Assembly: GCA_965637545.1 (NCBI GenBank) | Contig: OZ281494.1 | Location: 15,996,001 to 16,060,000 of the forward strand | DNA length: 64,000 nucleotides | Direction of reading: 5' to 3' | Source: Phallusia mammillata | Lineage: Eukaryota | Made by a program: the position numbers and the translations under genes | Shown: positions 61,223-64,000 of the stretch, piece by piece | How positions within the stretch are numbered: position 1 is the stretch's first letter | Layout of the letters: each line of letters begins with the position of its first letter | Notes under the pieces: generated by a model | Databases searched by the model: none | The model's input: only the letters and a program-made list of their open reading frames with translations | Told to the model about the DNA's origin: nothing

Positions 61223-61579
61223 ATAAAAAAGTTGTTTTGTACAATTGTATTTGGAAAATTAAAACTCCCAGTAAGAATTAATGGACTAACGGCGAAAAGA
61301 CTTTTCACAATAATAGTCCACACATTTATTGTACTTGCATAAAAAAATATACTACGTAACTTTTTTGAAGGATTATTTTATAATCGTCGTATTAATATTA
61401 TATTTAAAAAGGAAATTGTCTCCAGCAAATTTATTGAATAAAGGATAAAATGTGATGAGCAGTTTGAGCACAGGTCCAGGATAACAGTTTGTATTAGTTG
61501 GAAATACTTTTGGTACTGTGTAGTTTTTGCTAGAAAACAAGAAACATTGTTGGATTATCTAGTCAAAATCAAGTCAACA

Positions 61580-64000
61580 ATGTTGCTGACAGATCCTGTG
61601 AAAGATTTTTTTCACAAAATTGTGCACCAGGTTTGTATATAGGTTGTTGTTTGTTTATTATTGCTCAGCAAAGGTTTAAAATACTGTGATTTTAAAATAC
61701 AGCGAGTCCTTGTTATGGTGGCACTTGACGTAGATGCTTTGTGTGCTTGTAAGATATTGCAATCTTTGTTTCGATGTGACAACATTCAATATACTCTTGT
61801 GCCTGTTTCAAAGAAGTCAGATCTTGTGGTAAGTATGAACTTTTGCAGAATTTTAACTCAACAGTCTTATACAATTTGCAATAGAATTTGGAACCTGAGA
61901 GTATGAAATGTCTATTTCCCTGCTTCTACAAACATAGTAGTATAATATTCGTATGCTAGTTTTTTTTATATAAATTATGTGTGTTCATTCCGTTAAATTA
62001 TGTGCGAGGATAAAAGGACATGTCTCATGCATTTTGGTAATCTTCTTTAAAATGATTTTTGTGCTATATAATTAGTTTATTTTTCATTTTAACTTGATCC
62101 TTGTGTTGGCAGAGAGAGTATGAAGAACACAAGGAACAAAATAAACATATTATTTTGTTAAACTGCGGAGCAAACATAGATTTGCTAAACACCCTTGATC
62201 CTTCAGAAGATGTGACATTTTATGTCATAGACAGGTTATATAATTATAATATAATGATATTATCATTAGTAAAGGTAAAAAAATTGGAAATTTATTTGCA
62301 CTGATTACAATACAAATAATAAAATTGTTCAAACCTTCTTTGGGCAATGAACATTCCATCTCTTTGTGTTGTGTGTGTGTGTGTACTACGGTAAAAGCCA
62401 AAAGCCAACACAATGTTAAAATTGCACCTAATAAATGTATCTGCGGCATGTTAATAAATACAAGGAAGGTAATAAACATACTTAACGGTAGCATAAAATT
62501 TATACATGTTTTGACTCTAGTCATCGCCCAATTGATCTTGTCAACTTCTATTGTGAGCGACAAGTATACCTAATTTTGAAGCACAACCAACAAGAAATAG
62601 ATGCTATTCCTGACTATGATGTGATCTACAGAGAATATGATGTAAGTGGTGGCAATCTTTTTTCATAATAATCTGTGTGAAAATTCAAATATGCATCTAA
62701 ACCTCTTTTTTCCACAGTCAGATGAAGAAGAAAGTGAGGGTGATGATGACACAGAACAAGTTTCTAAACGAAGAAGATTTGATGAGGTAACTGCTGCTAA
62801 ACAATCAATTGTCAGTTTAACATGTGCTGTTTATACCTGAGGGGTAAATTTTTAAATGTATTACTGTGAGAACTGTTAATTTTTTTGTTTAAAATGGTAT
62901 GACTGAAGAATGATGATGAATGATGATGATGATGATGATATGACTTTTTGAAAATAAGATACATAAATTAAAAATATATATATGAGTCTTAAAGTTTATT
63001 ATTTTCTTAAGAAACATTGTTGTATTGAAGACATCCAACACGTAAAATATTTATTTGTTACTTACTGTTTTAAAGCAAACTGATATTTATTTGAGAGTCA
63101 GACGTAGTTATCATAAAAATTACGTCTGTGAGCCATAGGTTTCTGTTTTAGATCCTAAATTGCTAAATAATAGATATATAATTTGTGCAAAAATCATTTA
63201 GGCTTCGCTGATGAGAAAAAAGGAGAGGCGGGAGTGGGAAGAGAGAAGAAAAGAAATTATCTTTGACTATGAGGAGTTTTCCTATTATGGCACATGTGTA
63301 AGTCTAAATACACCTCTAAACAACTGCAACTAGCAGTTTTTACTTGCAAACATTTTTTGTATTGTGGTTAGATTAGTGTGTTAAAATTATGTGAATACAT
63401 AGGCATCATTGATTGTGTATGATCTTGCATGGAGAATGTCTAAAGACAACAATGAACTGTTATGGTGGGCAATTGCTGGAGTTACAGATCAATTTCAAAA
63501 CAAAAGGATCGGTCGTGACCGGTAAGTCACACTATCTCTCATACAGCATTTTGCTGCAACTGTTCTTGTGTTTATGGGTGGTAACAGGGTGACTAGAACT
63601 TTCTAATCTGAAGAGCTTTATCCTAAAGTTTAAGCAGTGTTTGTGTTGCAAATTAAATAAAGCTTAGTATTATGCATATGTTGTGCAGTACATTTTGATC
63701 TTAGATATGTTACTGGGGTTTTGGAATTGCAAGGACACATGTCACGTCTGAATCATGCAAATGAAGATGAAGACAATTCCAAATCAATTGACTGCATGAG
63801 AATAAATTTTGAACATGAGTAAGTTTCATTGTTTTACTCAAGTATATATGTGCTGCAAGCATAAAAGTTGTATCATTCACCTTTCCTTTGTTTGTTTTTA
63901 CAAACATGTTGACACAATTTACTGTGAATTTAGCATTTATATGTTTTTTCAGTTTGGACTTGGCCTTGTATCGCCATTGGTCATTGTTTGAAAGTCTGTG
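61580..64000 (+). CDS. CDC45: Cell division control protein 45 (CMG helicase subunit), 5' part; runs off the window
   Basis: Exons 61580-61630, 61703-61828, 62113-62234, 62521-62641, 62718-62786, 63202-63297, 63403-63521, 63705-63818, 63953->64000, with consistent phases. Motifs: [43 protein letters not shown], acidic loop, [51 protein letters not shown]. Confidence 0.96.
62911..62939. repeat. Interrupted (TGA)n microsatellite in CDC45 intron 5
   Basis: TGATGATGAATGATGATGATGATGATGAT. Confidence 0.85.

Noticed and set aside
62911-62939. ATGATGA as box C of an intronic C/D snoRNA
   Set aside because: It is part of a (TGA)n microsatellite, with no terminal stem or suitably placed box D.

Overview
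AT-rich eukaryotic (animal) genomic DNA with many short introns; the organism is probably an invertebrate chordate such as an ascidian (inference only). I rebuilt exon chains by hand from GT/GC-AG sites and reading phase. The window holds five gene loci. (1) A 5'-truncated SLC46-family MFS transporter copy (1-3056, +) disabled by an in-frame TGA and a 14-nt frameshift deletion. (2) An intact tandem paralog (8224-10890, +, 11 exons, 521 aa). (3) Papilin (41423-11615, -, 27 coding exons, 1321 aa). (4) GALNT2-type polypeptide GalNAc-transferase (45571-59560, +, 13 coding exons, 611 aa). (5) The 5' part of CDC45 (61580 to the window end, +). Eight non-autonomous hAT-type MITEs with 8-bp TSDs, plus one decayed copy, lie in introns and intergenic DNA; I found no transposase. 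The most unusual signals are: a conserved HCxxCH..C..CPH Cys/His cluster in the central cytosolic loop of both SLC46 copies; nuclear-receptor direct repeats (two perfect DR4, one perfect DR1, a near-perfect DR4 and an IR1) seen only in papilin introns; a papilin combining two Kunitz domains with a thyroglobulin type-1 domain; and about 15 exact TGACGTCA palindromes, four of which spell Val-Thr-Ser inside papilin exons. I saw no rRNA, tRNA or CRISPR array.
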